Made by a program: the position numbers and the translations under genes. Below, piece by piece: positions 60,308 through 64,000 of a stretch of 64,000 bases of DNA. The DNA is taken from positions 37,787 to 101,786 of the forward strand of contig CDMY01000360.1 of NCBI GenBank assembly GCA_001179505.1, in the 5' to 3' direction. The notes under the pieces were generated by a model, which did not search any database, was not told the DNA's origin, and worked only from the letters and a program-made list of their open reading frames with translations. Positions within the stretch are counted from its first letter, which is position 1; every line of letters starts with the position of its first letter. The stretch is from Vitrella brassicaformis CCMP3155 (lineage: Eukaryota; Protista; Chromerida).

Positions 60308-63300
60308 TTATCGCCTGAAGCTTGGCACACACCCCACGGTGATGCGCCGGCGCGTCTTGCTCCAGCTCTTGCCCTTGGTGCTGTCCACACGCAAGGCGTC
60401 GAAGCGCCGGTCCTCCTCGTCCAGGCCGAAGTCACCGATGGTCGCGGGCACTGACTTGAGCAGGCTCCGCTGGCTTCTGTTGGCGACTACCACCCTCCCA
60501 ATGGCAGCACCGGTCTGGGAGGAGAGGGGCAGCCTGAGCTTCCTGTAGACTGTCCTGACAGAGCTGAGGGGATTGGCCATGAGCTCTTTGAAGTCCACGT
60601 CAGCGAACTGGCCCTTCAGGTGGGTGTGGCGCCTCCTGAAGTCAGCCGCTGCTCTGGCGTTGGCCGCCATCTGCTGCAGCTCATTCTCGGCCAGTTTGCA
60701 TACGTCGACCGCCATAAGGCCACGACGGAGAGACAGCACCTCCTGACAGCGGCCGGCGACGGTCTCGCATGTATCCCTGACAGACAACCAGACAGAAAAA
60801 AAATGACACCAGCCAACGACAAAGAGATGGATGAATGACCAACACAACACCAGCGAGCTCGCCCATCGTTGCGCTACCGGTGGGCGAAGATGATCTTTGC
60901 CCCGGGGTAGGTCGCCAAGATATCGTCAAGGTGGCCCACATGGTCCGGCGACGCCAGCAGCCACCTCTTTGGCTCGCCTGCCCGCTGCCACTGCAGGTGC
61001 TGCAGGAAGGTCTTGTGGAAGGTGTAGCTCGGGTGGTTGCTCGACAGCCACGACTGGTACACGGGGGCATCGAAGTGTGTGGCAAGGGAGGCAGATCGGA
61101 GTGAGTTCTCGACAATCATCGAATCGTCAAAGGGCGTGTCGGCTGTGAGGGCGCCGAGGCGAGTCAGGTAGTCGTTGGTCGAGAACATCAAATCCATGGC
61201 CTCCTGGGCAGCAGCAAGCCGTGTCTGAGAATCCTGACGGACAGACAGAAGGAAAACAGACAGACAGACAGACAGACGATTAGCATGGAGGTCATGCACA
61301 TGAACACCATTTAGCCCTCAATAACGTACGTACGTCCACTCACTCACCTCTTGGGGGGATGCACCCTGCACGTACTCGCCCTGCTCGCCAAATGGGTATA
61401 GCATCTCGCTGAATGTCGGTGCCTGATTGGCCTCATCGCAGGCCAGCAGCTGCTGCACGAGTGACACGGAGACTCGGTCGAAGCCCACAACGAAGATGGG
61501 CTGCTCTATCTGCTGGCGAAGGATGGCGGGGTGGCTGTGGGCCCTGTCGGCCATGTAGAGCAGGTTGCAGAAGGCCTGGCGGACCCTTTGGCTCAGCAGG
61601 AACCTGCCCAGGAAGGACATGTCCTTGCCCTCCGGCAGGGCCGACTTCAGCAAGACATCAGCAGCCGCAAGCACATCTTCCTCGGAGCCCACCAGCTGCT
61701 CGAGCCCTGTCTGTTGCCGCGCCATGTCGAGGATCTCCTGAGGGTCCAGAGGGATGGCATTGGCATCGTCTGACGGCGAGGCGACAGTGGAGGCATCGCC
61801 GTCAGATCCGCTGGGCTTGACCGGTCGCTGGCGAAGGCTCTTGACAGCCTTCTGCATCATCTTCTGCATCATCACCTCCATGGTGTCCCATACGAAGGGC
61901 TCGCGCTTCCACGTGGAAGAGACAGGGTTGTCGAGGCGTTCGCGGCCCAGGCCGCCGGCACGTGCCTCAATGACGACGTACGCGTTGGCGCCTGCCATTC
62001 CAAAATTGCTGGCACTACCAATGAGCGTGCCAGTGTGCTTGGTCTCTTCTGCGGGCTCAAGGTTGACGCCTCCTCCCCCTTGGATCGGCAGGACGAATGG
62101 AAAGTCTCCCGTCGAGTCCATGTGTGGGTTGAGCTGACTGAGATGAAGGATGGGCGGCGCCATGCCGTGGTGCAAGGCGAGGACGACCTTTATGAGGCCT
62201 GCGATCCCCGATGCGGCCTCGGGGTGGCCCACGCTGCTCTTAAAGGCGCCCAACACAAGCGGCGATGAAGCAGGCCTCTTGCCGAACACGGCCCTGAGGG
62301 CCCCGACCTCGATCGCGTCACCCATAAGCGTGCCGGTCCCGTGCACTTCGGCAAACGAGAGGGCGCCGGGCGGCAGGCCGGCCTCTTTCAGTGCCTCGCG
62401 GATGACGACTTGCTGCGCCGGTCCCGAGGGAGCGGTGAGGCTCGCGCCACAGTTGTGGTTGGTAGCGCTCCCGCGGATCAATGCGTACGGCTCGACGTCG
62501 CCAGACGGGTCGAGACGCTGAAGGAACGCAGCCGTCACACCTTCGGCGCGAACGTAGCCGTTGGCACCCGAATCGAATGTTTTGCAGCGGCCGTCGATGC
62601 TCAGCATCTGGGCCCTGAGAGAGAGGCCACACACGAGTAAGCAAACAAGGGTCATTTAATATCTTTCCAGTATCCATACCTGCACTCGGCTATGTAGGCA
62701 TGTTGTGAGAGGATGAGATTGACGCCGCCACACAGTGCACCCTCTCTGCACGCGTCCGCCGAGAGCAGTGCCTTAACGCCGAGGTCGACAGCGATGAGGG
62801 ACGAGGAGCAGCCCGTGTCGACAGAAAGCGACGGCCCCTTGAGACCGAAGATGTAGCTGATGCGATTCGACAGTAGGCAAGATGCGGTGCCCATAGTGGA
62901 GAACCTTGATGCTTCGTGCTGCATTAAGCACCAATCCTGCGACATGGACCCGACGTAGACGCCGATGCTCCGGCCATTCAGCGCTCCGGGCACGGCGTGC
63001 TTGCCGCTGCCGAACACTCCAGCGCTGTGGAATGCCTCGTAGCTGACCTCCAGCAGAAGTCTCTGCTGAGGGTCCATGAACTTAGCCTCGAGGGGCGAAA
63101 TCCGAAAGAACTGGTTGTCAAAGGACTCCACGCCATCGATGAAGGCACCCGCCTTGGTGTAGTAGCTGTCAGGCACCTGGCCCGTCGGGTCGTACCACAG
63201 ATCCGCATTCCACCGCGCGCTGGGGATCGTGGTGACGCAATCGCGCCCCTCACACATCACCCGCCAGAAGCTCCCCAGCGAGTCAATGCCACCGGGCAAT

Positions 63301-64000
63301 CGGCAGGCCAGACCCATGATGGCGATTGGCGGGCTTCCGCCGCGACTGTCGAGAGCCTGCACTTTGACCCTGTCGTCGACGGCAGGCATCTCGTCCGCCG
63401 CGCCAGAAATCTCATTGCAGATGAAGCCAATGATGGCGTTGAGCGTCGGGTAGTCGAACAGAGTGGTGGCGGGCAGCTTGACGCCGATCTTGGAGGACAG
63501 GGCGTTGCGGAATTCGATGGCGCCGAGTGAGTCGATGCCCAGTTCCTGCAGAGGGGAGTCCAGGGGAGGCTCTTCCGTCATGCCAAGCACCGTCGCAGCC
63601 GTCTCCACGACTGCCTTGTGGATGTGCTCTTTGAGGGCCGCTGCATCCATTCTGCGCAGCTCGGCGGACACGCCTGCAGCCGCGCCTTCGGTGGCAGCCG
63701 ACGCCACAGTCTCGAAGAAGGGCGGGATGGCAATACACATCGACAGGAAGGTTTGCCACTTGACGAGCGCACAGCACGTCACCCCGACGCTCTCAGAGTG
63801 CCGCATGACATCGCCGAGGACGCGAAGGCCGAGCTCGTTGGTGATGCCGCGCATTCCCCCCTTGGCGAGCTGCTGCATCAACTCGGCCGCCATGCCCTGT
63901 TCTGTCCACGGTCCCCACTGGATGCTCTGGGCGGCGAGCTTCTTAGATCGGCGGTACTCAGTCAGGGCGTCCAGACACGAATTGGCCGCAGAGTAATTGG
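60308..64000 (-). CDS. Type I polyketide synthase, 3' part: KR(end)-ACP-KS-sulfotransferase (Stf3-like); 5' end outside window
   Basis: NYSAAN...SIQWGPW (KR), LGIDSLGAIEFRNAL (ACP Ser), PIAIMGLACRLPG, MDPQQRLLLE, DTGCSSS / HGTGT / KSSVGH (KS Cys-His-His). Then PIFVVG...RWLLASPDH...IIFAHRD (sulfotransferase family 3 fold). Confidence 0.92.

Larger units (their letters stand above)
1..64000. repeat. Pervasive intronic and intergenic microsatellites: (CA/TG)n, (GA/TC)n, (GACA/TGTC)n, (GGAT/ATCC)n, (CCCT)n
   Basis: Read directly in most introns, e.g. 6474..6552, 7431..7520, 32126..32201, 48400..48460. Confidence 0.95.

Overview
Eukaryotic, GC-rich, intron-dense nuclear DNA from a photosynthetic alveolate with a complex plastid. 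It is most likely the chromerid Vitrella brassicaformis. This is an inference from bipartite plastid leaders, a divinyl chlorophyllide reductase gene, microsatellite-filled short introns and two members of an expanded ankyrin family. About 25 spliced protein-coding genes can be supported, almost all alternating in strand as tightly spaced head-to-head pairs. They include a WDR53-like WD40 protein, SHPRH, SLX1, a divergent kinase, two related ankyrin proteins, a TPR protein, a class 3 lipase, a CABLES-like protein, an organellar TyrRS, a probable gustatory-receptor-like/PHTF-like 7TM channel, an F-box protein, a secreted PAN/apple protein, a second WD40 protein, a PrsW protease, a CAMK-type kinase, a TLC-domain protein and DVR. 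The window ends in the 3' part of a type I PKS with the order KR-ACP-KS-sulfotransferase. The most notable observations are: (1) introns bracketed by complementary (CA)n/(TG)n and (GA)n/(CT)n repeats; (2) a tandem 22-nt repeat resembling the dinoflagellate spliced leader, next to a duplicated ~190-bp hairpin-bearing element; (3) a PKS ending in a KS fused directly to a degenerate Stf3-type sulfotransferase; (4) the candidate 7TM chemoreceptor-like gene. Exon boundaries were read by eye and gene ends are approximate. No rRNA, tRNA or CRISPR array was found.
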